Source of the DNA: Syncephalis fuscata S228
Taxonomy: Eukaryota > Fungi > Zoopagomycota
Assembly: GCA_025786725.1 (NCBI GenBank)
Contig: JAHLTZ010000033.1
Span: forward strand, 186,001-250,000
DNA: 64,000 bases
Direction of reading: 5' to 3'
Below, one piece after another: positions 34,315-47,027 of this stretch. A program made the position numbers and the translations under genes. Under the pieces are notes generated by a model that saw nothing but the letters and a program-made list of their open reading frames with translations, was not told the origin of the DNA and searched no databases. Every line of letters starts with the position of its first letter. Position 1 is the stretch's first letter.

Positions 34315-36732
34315 ATGGCCGGTTGGCAAGCTTTACCCATTCAAGTACGACAGTGCATTCTACTGTTCTGCGATGGCTATACCGTAGCTAACCTTGCCTA
34401 TACTTGTCGTGATCTCTATAACACGCTGCTAGCTGACCAATGGCTATGGGCCAGCTTGTATGAGGTAACCTTCCCCCAGACGGAAGAGGAGCGCCATTGG
34501 CGTGAATGGTGCTTAGCGGGTGTGATAGCCGCCAACGGCTATACCAGCTGTTTAGGTCCATCGCCGCAGCAGGATGAGCCGAATCTTATTGTACAAGAAG
34601 AACAGCTAAACGTTGATTGGTATCGAGTATTTGTTCGTAGAACAGCACTGGCTAGACGTTGGCGACATGGCCTTTATCAAACACGACGTATTCACCTACC
34701 ATTATCGCGTCAGCCGTCGAAATCACACGTCCATATGGCTGTGACCTCACCGTGGCGCACGTTACTTGTACTAGGTGATGAATGGAGTGTATGGATGGTT
34801 GAGCACGGTGTATGTCCACAGCCACCGTATAAACTTAACTGGACACCTGGTTGCTGGCCTGGGCCAAGAGAGTTTCTACAAAATGCCGACTATATTGTAG
34901 CGGTAAATAGCTTTGCTGGCCACCAGCATAGCACATGGGTATGGCGAGCCGGTAATCGTATACCCATTACATATCGGTGGCCTATTCTATCCAATTCACA
35001 TTGCTGTCCAGTCGCCCTTTATGGTCGCTGGTTACTAGTTACTGATACAGAACGGTATATACCTGTTGATCCAGTTACCGGCAAGGTAATATGGACAGAT
35101 GAAGATGAAGAGTATTCAGGCAAACAAGCGGGTACTAGCAATCGAGTCGTAGCCGATAGTGAACTCGATACACCTATGCCATCACCATCACCTGACGTAG
35201 TGGATGGGCCGACATTTGCACGATCAAGAAAGTTCCATGTCGTTGATTTAATGACCGATAACCGTGTCTATTCAGTAACAGTGGCAGGTGGATATACTAT
35301 TTGTCATTTCCAATCTATTGGATCATCCGGTGTACGTGTTTATTGTGCACAATATGATACCAATGATGACAGTAATGAACGAGGCGGTGGCCTCTACACC
35401 TGGTCATTATGGGGGTGGCGGGCCACTCGTAACCATCCTGACAAAATGGAATGTAATATCATGAATGAGGGCCGGTTTCCAATGGACCGTGACTTATTCA
35501 ATGGAGAAATGGTCTCCTATCGACTGGATGCATCGCGTGTATTGCTGGAGACACGACCATTTTGGACTACAGAAAGTCTATACGTAGTTCATTCGTTATG
35601 GGATACAGAAATTCTGTATCAAGGAGCAGCTGGTGCCGGTAGAGCTTTTCCATTAGGTCGACAACAACTACGCTACCTGCCTAATGATCGTATACTGGCT
35701 GGTCGTTTAACCATTGATCCAAGTCAAGGCGATATTCAAATAGGCGATGTGCTTATTGATACTGCACCATTGCCTAATCGATCACAACAATCATTATTAC
35801 AACGAGAAAAGGAAGAACGTGGATTAAATATCCAGTTACGACGTACTTTAGGTGCATTATTCTATGCCACTCCAGTGACAAAATCTATTGCTGCTACATC
35901 GTCATCCGCATCCTCATCATCGAATCAGCTATATCCATCGAATAGTAATTCTCGATTAAAGCCGGCCAATCCATTCTTATTGCCATCAAGATCTACACGC
36001 AACAATGCATCTACTACACCGACCAATAGTGATTCTATTGCTGTAGAGAGTATTTACACAGGTAGAGGTAATCAAGCTATTGACGATATAAGCAATGGAC
36101 ATCATCAACGATCTATTTCACCTTCCAATCAACATTATAACAACAATAACAACAATAACAATAACACTTTAAACAATAACAATAACAACAATAACACTTC
36201 AAACAATACCAATTATCAACGATTTACTGACATACACTATATTATTGATGCACATCGTGGTAAACTTGTAGGTATGCTTCATTTACCTACAGGTGCCACA
36301 CCTGTTGTATCAGTATGTGCCACCCATGTTATTCTACTTGATCTTCGTAATCGATCATTGACACTATTGGACTTTAGTGTATCAAGTGCTCGATTATCGA
36401 AGCAATTAATGAATAATCAGCATCATCATCAGCATCATCAGCATCATGGTGGTAGTCATAACTATAGCGGTAATAGTAATGGTAATAGCAATGTTATGGG
36501 ATGGGTTGAAGAAATGGCTGGATCATTTAAATGGACTCGTCCTAATGGCACAAGTCTATCTTCATTGGCAGATGCATGGCGACAACGAACAAGTAGTGGC
36601 ACTTCTTCATCTTCACCACCACTATCATCACTATTGTCATCTTATGGAGCGATGACCAATGAATCATCAACGACTATTATGGGAAAGCATCGATATTTGA
36701 CATCAAGTATTTGGGAATCAATAGTTCAATAG
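34315..36732 (+). CDS. Intronless F-box protein (805 aa) with poly-Asn/His/Ser low-complexity inserts
   Basis: WQALPIQVRQCILLFCDGYTVANLAYTCRDLY...LWASLY...VDWYRVFVRR...RWRHG is an F-box plus the same post-F-box signature as the expanded family. Confidence 0.8.
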   Translation: MAGWQALPIQVRQCILLFCDGYTVANLAYTCRDLYNTLLADQWLWASLYEVTFPQTEEERHWREWCLAGVIAANGYTSCLGPSPQQDEPNLIVQEEQLNVDWYRVFVRRTALARRWRHGLYQTRRIHLPLSRQPSKSHVHMAVTSPWRTLLVLGDEWSVWMVEHGVCPQPPYKLNWTPGCWPGPREFLQNADYIVAVNSFAGHQHSTWVWRAGNRIPITYRWPILSNSHCCPVALYGRWLLVTDTERYIPVDPVTGKVIWTDEDEEYSGKQAGTSNRVVADSELDTPMPSPSPDVVDGPTFARSRKFHVVDLMTDNRVYSVTVAGGYTICHFQSIGSSGVRVYCAQYDTNDDSNERGGGLYTWSLWGWRATRNHPDKMECNIMNEGRFPMDRDLFNGEMVSYRLDASRVLLETRPFWTTESLYVVHSLWDTEILYQGAAGAGRAFPLGRQQLRYLPNDRILAGRLTIDPSQGDIQIGDVLIDTAPLPNRSQQSLLQREKEERGLNIQLRRTLGALFYATPVTKSIAATSSSASSSSNQLYPSNSNSRLKPANPFLLPSRSTRNNASTTPTNSDSIAVESIYTGRGNQAIDDISNGHHQRSISPSNQHYNNNNNNNNNTLNNNNNNNNTSNNTNYQRFTDIHYIIDAHRGKLVGMLHLPTGATPVVSVCATHVILLDLRNRSLTLLDFSVSSARLSKQLMNNQHHHQHHQHHGGSHNYSGNSNGNSNVMGWVEEMAGSFKWTRPNGTSLSSLADAWRQRTSSGTSSSSPPLSSLLSSYGAMTNESSTTIMGKHRYLTSSIWESIVQ

Positions 36733-36764
36733 TGTAACTTTTATTTATTTTTAACAACTTTTAT

Positions 36765-37860
36765 TTATAAAAGACGATCTTGTTGTAATAGACGTGCACA
36801 TTGATAGGCGGTATGCGCCGATGAACATAATGTAGTAGATAGACCAAGTGTTTCCCATTGTATAATAGGTGGTGATCGTGTATCATAACATGGTATGGCA
36901 TCTGTATTGGTGTTAGTAAAAAGGCAATTGGCCATGGGTAATTCATCTGGTGATAGAGTGTGCCAAATAGCATTAGGTGGTAATAAATCACCAAGTAATA
37001 CTTTAAGTGCTGGTTGACATCTGCCTGGTGTACGACTAGCCATATACTCAAGTTCAACTATTAATCCACGATGAGCTTGACCCACTGTAAGACTACCTGC
37101 ACGTAACAATAGATCACCCATAGCATATGTAGTGCCCTAATAAATAAATTAGAATAAGTTATTTGTGTTTGTTTATATATATATATATATTAATTTAATT
37201 ACCTCAATGACGGCTGTTTGGCGTAATGTCCATAGGGCACGTAATTTAACTAGAATGGCTTCTAGTTCACGGCCTGCCGATACAACAACACGTCCACTCA
37301 TGACAGCGTGAACTTGATTAGGCCATGCCGTTGATTGTATAACATATAATGGAACGGGTGTACCTGTTGTTGTTGTTGTTGGTGTGCCTATAGCACTGGC
37401 TGATGTTGACGATAGTACAGGTGTTGATGTGGCAGTAGTATTAGGTGTAGCAGCAGTAGCAGTGGCAGTAGTTGAGGTGTTGGCAGCGGCACTAACAGTC
37501 GATGCAGCATTGGCGGTTGATCCAACTGCTGTACCTGTTGCTGTTGTAGCTACATTAGCTACTCCAGCTGTATTGGTATTTGCAGTAGTAATAGTAGTAG
37601 TGGATATGGCACTAGTATTACTTGACGGATTAACACTAAGATCACTTGTAGTAACTACACCGCTAGCTGCATGATATACTCGACACTGAACTCCCCACCG
37701 TCCAAGCATCGATGCTTGGTATGTACGCTCTAGTCGTTCGCGTAGTAATTGTAGGCTTTGTGCTCCATTAGCATTGGTCCAACGTACTATACTAAATGCG
37801 TGAATTCATTATTAAATAAACTAAAATGTTTAGTATAACTACTTGCACTGTTTCACCCAT
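36765..37860 (-). CDS. MED20: Mediator subunit 20 (Med20/Srb2) with long Thr/Ala insertion, 3 exons
   Basis: MGETVIVRW...MLGRWGVQCRVYH...ELEAILVKLRALWTLRQTAVIE|GTTYAMGDLLLRAG...RGLIVELEY...HTAYQ. The first intron (37792-37846) is GC-AG. Confidence 0.82.
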
Positions 37861-38187
37861 CACTAAAGCAATAGAATGTAAACGATTGTTACTTTATAAA
37901 TAAAATAAAAACAAAGAAGCGACCAGCTAATAGGCCAGATAGAAAATAATGACAGTGAAGAAAATAAAGCGCGACTAAATAAAGAAATATTATTAATATT
38001 ATACAGGTTTTATTAAGTTGTAAATTAACACTTTGCAATTAAATCATTATTTTCTGTTTTAACTCATACATTAGTATATGTTTGGTATCAATTGATTTAT
38101 AATAAATATTAAAATAGTTACGAAAAGAAAGAAGTCATCTTTACTTAGTTAATAAAAGTTATTTATATTTAACAAAATTGATCCAAC

Positions 38188-39702
38188 TTATAAAGCACCA
38201 AAGCTGATGGCTTTACTACGTGTACTGCAATTAATTACAATTCCAGTCATTAGGAAATATGGCACGCAGCATTTGTCAGATTCATCCAATTCACGTATAG
38301 CTTTGCCGTTACTCATATCTACCAATAAATACTGCATATCAGTGTCTTGCTGTTTAAAGATAGCGAAAAGATCACCAATAATATGAAAATATCCGATTAC
38401 GTCGGACCAGTCAAATCGATTATTGAAAACGAGTTCTTTATCTTGCTCCTCTAGTAATTGATGGTAAATCATCCACGTATCATCATGATCATTTCTAATG
38501 CTAATGACTTTTTGCGATATTTTCTGAACGCCATCTAACACAATATCCATATGGCAATCAAATGTAACTGTATGGCACAAAAACAAGGGGGTAGATCCAG
38601 ATCGTATGAACATTACTATGCGAGAGAATTCATTAGATGAAACAGCAATAGAGTCCACTCGCGTATTTAGCCGGTGTTGTTTTTGTTGTGACTTTCTGAT
38701 TGATCCATCTTCAATAAACTGATACAGTCTCCATTCAATACAACCGTGCGCGCTATCGATAGTTTTGGCAGCATAGACAGTAATGTGTTCAAATCCAATA
38801 CCATAAATACACGCAGTATACTTTATGCTATCGAGATCTTGAGTATATTGTCTGTTTTTTCTTAAATCCCATGCAACTAGCTTAGCTAATTGGCTATCTT
38901 CCTTGCTGGTGTATAGATATACCATCCAATGGCCATTAATTCCTATAAATTTGGCATCAAAGGGCACTTGTGTAGTATATTGTGGTTTGCAACTGCCACG
39001 AGTATAAATAGTTACATTTTTACACCCTCTAGCTTTGATAATCATAGCAGAAAACTGGTACTTAGCATTGCTTGGTAATCGTCGTAGCAACTGTAAAGAT
39101 GCATGGTTGCAGTTTTCAAAGTCGATTCTGACTCTGAATCTGCTTGTGCTTCCGCTTGGCTTTTGTTTGATGAAAATGCATTCAACTCAACTATAACAGC
39201 TTTCTGATTCAATTCATCCTCAAAATCTTCTGACATGCAATTAATAGGTAAAGACAAAGCTGTTCCAGTCAGTTGGCGGATATTTTGTGTAGCAGCGCGT
39301 GGTGCTTCAAAGCATGGAATTATTGTATATTTTGAACGACCATAGCGCCAGTTATTTTCGGTGGTAACACGCCGTCGGTATACATGGCGCCAATCAAGCT
39401 TGCCTAACAGTACGGCCGCTTCCATTGGTATATTGCCGATTGAATATTGATTTCGAATACACCAATATACAAAATCCCACTCTTTTGTTTTGTGGGGATT
39501 ACTAAGAAATCGACGGTGGTAAAGATGCTGCCATAATGCCTTATTGTTTTTGAGTTTTGTATTAACAGAGCGACAGGTATAATTGAATTAATTACTGTGT
39601 CATCAAGATATGAAATGAACCGAATAAATCATTAAGAGGAAGGTGGCCCACAAGCACAAGTAATTTACTAACTGATATTTGATCAGTAGTAGAGGATTTC
39701 AT
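38188..39702 (-). pseudogene. Near-identical copy of F-box-like gene 20912-22429 with three 1-bp deletions
   Basis: Deletions relative to the intact copy near 39629, 39590 and 39060 split it across ORFs 39592-39846, 39042-39425 and 38188-39090. Confidence 0.82.
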
Positions 39703-39985
39703 CGTAAAATATGGTTGTTGGATAAATATAACGTGGTTCTGTTTCAATATATACGTTGTTGATAGTACGAAATAGTTAAACACAATAAAACAAACAAGAA
39801 TAGTAATAGAAGTTCGCTTATCGTTTTTTGAATTTAAACATTGCAAATTATCGATGCCTTAAATGGCAAAAGACCAAGGCCATGATTTACCATTTATGAG
39901 TCATAAATAATCGGGATAGTATTACGTTTTGCATTGCAATAAAGTTTAAATAAAATTTGTTTTAAAATAGCATTACTTTTATTGC

Positions 39986-41503
39986 TTATAGAGCGCCATA
40001 GCTTACTGTTTGACTATTGAAGGAACGCTTTCCAGTTACAAATCCAGTCATCATAAAATGTGGCAATATGTGTTCATTGGCGTCTTCTATTTGTCGTATA
40101 ACTTGGCCAGTGCTTGCATCCACCAACAAAGTTTGTGGCTTATTATTTTCTTTGCTTGAAACAGCAAAAAGATTACCAATAGTATGCCGATAGTCATTGT
40201 AAGCCCACAAACTAAATTCTTTGTTGAAATCTAGTTTATCATCTTTTTCCACAAGTAGGTATCGATAAATTTTATAGCAGAAATTATAGCAATTTTTTGC
40301 ATCCAAAGCATATTGTGCTAATTCCTTTGCTTCATCGACTTTGATATTCATATTTTTATCAAGTAATATTGTATGGTATAGCCATGAATTAGTGCTTTTA
40401 AATTCTAAACTAATTTGTATGGAACCAAATTCATTAGATGACACACTAAGCGAGCTTAAATATGTGTTTAGCTGAATATGTCCCTGCTGCAGTTGTCGGG
40501 TGGGTTTGTCTTGCGAAAATTGATACAATGCCCATTCAATTATACCTTGATCGTTATCTGCAATTCCAGCAGCATAAACTATAACGGAATCCCATGTGGT
40601 GTCATAAATGCACGATGTGCGGTGCTTGTTGTTGATGTCATATGTAGATTGTCGATTATTTTCTAAATCCCATACAACTAGTTGCGAATTTATTTTCATT
40701 CCATGATTGTCGCGCATAAATAATAGCCATTGTCCATTAATTGATTTGCACCTTAATTTGGAGGGCAAACTTGCAGTATATCGTAGCTTGTAATCACCAA
40801 GAGTATAGACTTGAAGCTTTGTAGGATTTATAGCATTATTAACTATAATAAAAAATCGATCACCCAGCATTGCTTCAGGTAAACTGAGCTCATTACAAGT
40901 AAAATTTAAAACAATAGGGATTGACTCTATTTTTAAAACCGTTGGATCTTCGTGTTGATTTTTGGCCGATGAAATTGCACTAGATTCAATCAGTATCATT
41001 TGCGACTTGGAAAATAAGGCGCTCCATGTCATAGCACTTATTGGAAAAAACATAATAGTTGTCCCGCTTAACCTACGATAAATATGCGAATAATTATAAT
41101 TATTTTTAAGGTTTAAAGGCGTTGTATTTAATGAACGACCATATCGCCAGTTATTTTCGGTGGTAACACGTCGTCGGTATAAATCCTGCCAGTCAAGTTC
41201 GTTTAGCAGTGCAGCCGATTCCATCGGTATATTGTTAGTTGGGAATCGACTTCGAGCACACCAGTATACGAAATCCCATTCCTTTACTTTGTGAGGACCA
41301 TTAAGGAATTGGCGATGGTAAAGGCATTGCCATAATATCTTATTGTTTTTAATCTTTGTATTCAAAGAACGACACGTAAAATTGAGTTCAATAACCGTAT
41401 CATCAAGATATAGCATAAATCGAATAAAATCATTGGATGGAAGATGGTCCACAAGAACAAGTAATTTACTGACTAGTAGTTGCTCAATAGTAGAGTGGTC
41501 CAT
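39986..41503 (-). CDS. Intronless F-box-like protein (505 aa), tandem paralog
   Basis: SKLLVLVDHLPSNDFIRF...TCRSLN...LWQCLYHRQF...LDWQDLYRRRVTTENNWRYG; same length and C-terminal GAL as 20912-22429. Confidence 0.78.
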   Translation of the reverse strand: MDHSTIEQLLVSKLLVLVDHLPSNDFIRFMLYLDDTVIELNFTCRSLNTKIKNNKILWQCLYHRQFLNGPHKVKEWDFVYWCARSRFPTNNIPMESAALLNELDWQDLYRRRVTTENNWRYGRSLNTTPLNLKNNYNYSHIYRRLSGTTIMFFPISAMTWSALFSKSQMILIESSAISSAKNQHEDPTVLKIESIPIVLNFTCNELSLPEAMLGDRFFIIVNNAINPTKLQVYTLGDYKLRYTASLPSKLRCKSINGQWLLFMRDNHGMKINSQLVVWDLENNRQSTYDINNKHRTSCIYDTTWDSVIVYAAGIADNDQGIIEWALYQFSQDKPTRQLQQGHIQLNTYLSSLSVSSNEFGSIQISLEFKSTNSWLYHTILLDKNMNIKVDEAKELAQYALDAKNCYNFCYKIYRYLLVEKDDKLDFNKEFSLWAYNDYRHTIGNLFAVSSKENNKPQTLLVDASTGQVIRQIEDANEHILPHFMMTGFVTGKRSFNSQTVSYGAL

Positions 41504-42603
41504 GATGGTAATAGAAAGGTAGTGACTGAATAAACGTGTGTATAATGTTTTTTATTGTTGTATTATTCGATATATTTATACGTTTCTAATGATATAGAAA
41601 TATTTGAATGACAATAAAATGATCAAGATTATTCATAAAAATTACTGGTTTTAGATTTAAACCTGTTAAGAATCGGTGTCTTAAATGGTAAGAGGGCAAT
41701 ACTAAATTTGACTATTTTTGAGTCATAGCATTATTAAATTTTGAATTATTCCTTATAGAGCAATATAACGTAATTATGAATGTTATATACATAAAATTTA
41801 TGGCTTTTATTTTTATTTATATTTAATAAAGCTGTAATTTATAAATCAGCATTATTCACAGCTTAATCAGTGAACTATTTTATTAATTATTGTTTTTAGA
41901 AAGTAAGCGGTTGTTTCGTCTAGTTTACAAATATTATCAAAATCTTTGTTATTCAATTTACAACCTAAAACTCTTGCAGTTAATGAGTGATTATTACGCC
42001 AGTCAATTTAATTAAATATCAGGCAAACAAAAATGTTGAACATGCTCTATATCTATTTATATATATAAGCTAGATGTAATGTAGAATGTTTAAATTGTCT
42101 AAAAGTTAATTAGTATATGATTTTAACATGTGAATGTTATTAAGTTGTTACAATTCACTAAAATGGATATGAACATAATTTTGATTTGAGTTTTGTTACA
42201 TTTATTATGCTTAGCGTTTTTCTTACCACATATTTTATGTTGTATAATATTATTAGAGTCATGATAATATTATAAATACGTAACACTGTTGCCCAAACAA
42301 TAAGAATTGTAATGAAAGTGATAATAAATAAAACTAAATGATGGTTTACACCAGACTTTAGCGTATCATAAAATATACTAGCATTTAACAAATATAAAAC
42401 ATATATTGATAATATGCAAATTAAATAAATAAATATTAAATTGAATTAGAAAGCGTATACAAAAGTTTACCCATTTTATAAAAAAGTAATTGTAAGCACT
42501 AAGATATTCAATTCTGTTCTATTTATAGCTCAATGCGTTATTCTATTTAATTTAAAAACCTCTGTTGCTAAAAGTAACTCGTTCATTTAGTTTTATTTCC
42601 ATC

Positions 42604-44170
42604 ATGTCAGCACAAAATAACAACACATTACCAAATATATGGCTAGTTGTTAAAATCGTTCATCATATATCTTAGTTTAGTGGAGCAACAGTCACAGTAG
42701 CTTTGCCATGCACTTGTAAAGCACTGTATAATTTTATTATTAAATGTGATAGGCTTTGGCAGATACTGTGTCAGCAACATTTTTCTTGTGCTATTAATGC
42801 GGCTGATGACTGGTTACAATGGCAATCAGAACAAAAGACAAGAATAATAAAAACAGTAACTAGATGGAAAACAAAACTGCATCAGGATTGACTTGGTTCA
42901 AGCAATGTGGTCAACGTATTAGCATGAGCATAAGTTGGCAAAAGAACAAGCCAACACCAACAGTTTATACAAATCCCTTAAGATAAATAAACTATTAAAT
43001 TCAGGCATTGCTAATAAAATAATCACTGCAAGCTATCCTGGTTGGATGGCAATGGAATTTTATAATCACACCTTTGTTGATTTGCTTAAACTCTCAGCAA
43101 AAATGAGGTCAAAATTTATTTGTTAAATTTGGGGGAAGGCCATTGTTTCCATATAAAAGACATAGTATTTTATCAATATCCACAACAAGCAAATAACGTC
43201 GATGAAGATATGCGTGTAATTATAGCACTATTTTATTTTAAAATATTCAGTGATATACTTCAAATATGGAATGCAAATAATTGTCAACTGCTGTATTCTA
43301 TCGATTTCAATGGTGGCTGGGATCGTAGAATTATAAATGCATTTTTGTTGATTTTTAAATCGCATTTTATTAATGCACCCAACTATTCACAATCCTATAA
43401 ATATCCTCGGTTGTTCTATAACATTTGTTCAACAACGCAATCATTTAAACCTTAATCCATTATTCTTCCTCCAAATTTCAGTTATTTTTACGACGATAGA
43501 ATACATACAACAAACAATAAAAAGATAATTTCCATATGATACTACAATAGCGAGCACAAACTCAGCTATGAAATGATTCGTGTGCTATTGACGCCTGATG
43601 TAAATTTGAAAATGATTAGCAATGATACAGCACAAATGACTACAATCGCCTCGAATTGTATAATATTTGCTTCTAGGAAACTATGGATTCTAGAATTTTA
43701 TTCAATTGGCCGTGATCAAATATAGTGTATTACAACGTTTGCATATTTGAGGAGACATCAAGTGGCATTGTAAAGAATCATCAACGCCACATCTGAGTAA
43801 TATCTTTAAGCAAAGGAATTGTTTTAAAGTGCAACTATTCAACAAATAAATTTGAAATTTTGGTTTTAATTTTAGCACATAATTTGGTTGTATTCCATTC
43901 AGATAGCTCATCTTTAGTTGTCATTTTACTATTAAATAAAGAGATTTTACATGGCATCAATATTATGGCAAATTTCATAATGTTTGTAATTTTCAGCATT
44001 TTATTGATACAAAGGTTGTTGGCTACAACTATAGCACTAACAAACACTGTGTTATTGATGCTATAACTGGTGAAGTAAGCATCCATCCGTTTTTAATATA
44101 AAATGTACAATGTTGTATATTTGCATATAGGCACGCGCTATTTATGAATAAAAAACAATACATTCAAGCT
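42604..44170 (+). pseudogene. Degraded F-box-like gene, second subfamily
   Basis: MSAQNNNTLPNIW..., TCKALY...LWQILCQQHF...DWLQWQ, ASYPGW, LQIWNANNCQLL. Many stops and frameshifts; paralog of 44504-46097. Confidence 0.78.
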
Positions 44171-44503
44171 ATTGGTATATTATAAAGTTTATTATTAAAG
44201 TAGTTAAATAACAAATAATAATAAAATTTTGCAATGGATTCTAGTATAATGCAAAACATACTAGCTTCCAATACATTATAAAAAGTAAAGTCTAGACCCA
44301 CAAACTAAATAAATAGTGAGACTAATTATATTAAATTATATATTATATACATACATGCTAAGCTGTTTAATAAGGAAGCCATCGTTAATGTTGAATTATT
44401 CAACCTAAATGCATTTTACCTGCAACTCATCGCGTCATTCTATTTGGTTCAAAGGCCTTTTCAGCCCAAGTAAATATTTTGTTTGTTTTGTTTCTTTTCC
44501 ATT

Positions 44504-46097
44504 ATGTCAAAACAAAACAACAACGCACTGCCAAAAATATGGCAAATTATTGATATAGTTAATCACATATCGATGCTGAGTGGAACAACAGCCACAGTCG
44601 CTTTGGCACGTACTTGTAAAGTGTTGTACAGTTCCGTTATAAGCTGCAATAGTTTTTGGCGCAAAGTGTACCAGTATAATTTTCCTCGTGATATCAACAC
44701 CGATATCGATGGCTAGAGTGGCAATTAGGGCAAGAGCAACATGCAATGGGGACAGTAGCTGATATGGAAAATGAAAATATATCAAGATTAACTTGGTTCC
44801 AGCTACATAGTCAGCGTAGAGAAATGGGCTTGAATTGGCAAGAAAACAAGCCAACATCAATAATTCATTTAAAGCCTTTTAGTATATCTAGAGCATCAAA
44901 TCTAGGAGATATCAGTCAATCAATTGTTGCGAACTATCCTGGCTGGGTTGCAATAGCAAGTCGACAACATTTGCAAATTGATTTGATTAAATTATCGCCA
45001 AAGAACATGCCTAGAATCTTAGGACGATGGAAAATTTAACATTTTACCAATATCGGCAACAATTAGATGGCACTGATGATAACGTACGTATGATTCTACA
45101 TTTAGAGTGTGCTAAAGAACTCATAAACACACCAACTGAGAATCATTTTAATTCATTATTTTTAACGTACCTTCATGTACTTCAAATATGGAACCCAAAT
45201 AGTTGTCAACTACTACAATCTATCAATTTTGGCGACCGATGGGATGGTAGGATCATAGGCACTTCTTTGTTATGTTCCAGGTCACAAACAACTGGTTCTA
45301 CCGAAATACTACATTGCGGTTTTTTAAAGACACAGCTATGTGAAGCTCAGCTTCTTGATGTACCAAATATTAGTTATGATGATATTTTTAAAATACATAC
45401 GATAAACAACAATGAAATGGTATTCTTAAAACATTCTCATCAAGCAAATTCATTTGAAACAATTCGTGTGTTATTGATCGCCGATGCCAACTTAATGATT
45501 AACAATGGCGGCAGGGCACTAACGACCACTATCGCATCTAGTCTTTTGGGAAAACGCAACAATAGCTTTTTCCATAATCCAAAAATCTATTCAATCGATT
45601 CTGATCGTATATTATTTTACTACATCACTCGCTCATTCTCGAGAACATTCAATTATATTGAAAGTAGATGGCGACGCTACATTAAAGTAATATATTTAAC
45701 CAGGGGAGTTCTTCTAGAGCAGGATTATACGATAAATGGAACTGAAAATCTGATTTTAATTCCAAAACATAATTTGATCGTATTTTGCTCGAATTCTCCC
45801 TCGTCATTAGAAATTGTTTCACTATTGGACGGAGGGATTCGGCAGCACATTGATATAGATGCTTTATACGACAAATTTTGTAATTTCCAACATATTATTG
45901 ATACAAAAATCATCGGCTGCAACTATAACACTAACCAATACTGTATTATCGATGCCGTAACAGGTAACGTGAACATTTATACATTTCCAATATCAAAGGT
46001 ACAATATTGCGCAGTTGTATTTGGCCACATGATATTGATGAATGAAGAAACAACGCTTATTACAAGCTTTGTACCTGAATTACTTCAAATCTATTAA
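44504..46097 (+). pseudogene. F-box-like gene, second subfamily, with two apparent frameshifts (about 44712 and 45030)
   Basis: MSKQNNNALPKIW...LARTCKVLY...FWRKVYQYNFP, then DWLEWQ...LTWFQLHSQRREMGLNW in the next frame, then a 356-aa C-terminal ORF. Confidence 0.75.
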
Positions 46098-47027
46098 GTA
46101 GATACTAACAAATTATTGCTACAGCAATAATAATAAATTTAATAACATTTGACTAATCAAGAATGCTTAATTAGTTTAAAAAATTTATAATTATGTAAAA
46201 CAAAGCGTTAGTAGTAAAATAATAAGCGCAATGATCATAATAATAAATAAAATTAAAAAATAGTATACACTAAAGTTCAGTGTATTATAACACATAATAA
46301 CATCTGGTACATCGTTACAAACAATTAAATTAGATAAGTAAACAGTTTTAGTTGGAGTTTTGTTACATTTATTGTGCTTGACATATTCGCACCATATATT
46401 TTATGTTATATAGCTATTATTAGAGCTCTGGAAATAGTATAACTATATAACGCTGTCGCTTAGACAATAATAAAGACAACTTTTTTACTACAATTGTTTA
46501 ACATATTGTCAGGATTTATAAAGCTGAGATTTCTGGCATAAATTTGTTAATTCAAGCTATTTTTGAGAGCTATTTGCTATAATTAATAATTACTTTATTG
46601 AATTAATATTAAAACAGCCGACTAAGCTACCTCTTGTATTTCTTCTCTTTACTTGGTGGTTTGCCCAACATTAAATTATCACATCGCTGGTATTGTAGCA
46701 ATACTATCTATTAATAAACAGTTTTTTCAAGTTCTACAATTAATCAGCTTAAATTTAAAATTAGTATTTATCGTGGTTTGCAGCATGTTTTAATCCAAAA
46801 CTATTATATAGTAACGACCCGTTGTCAACCTCACTTATCATTTTATTGGTTGTTAATTTTTATTTCGTGGCATGAGAAAGGCTAGGCAATTTTCGTTGGC
46901 CTGGTACAATGATTTATTTTAGATTGCTGCATGCTACATAATGCTACTATCATCGCGCGATATCGACGCTTACTATATGTATCCAATCTACTTTTTTTAC
47001 CAATAGTTTTAGTTTTCTATAACAAAA

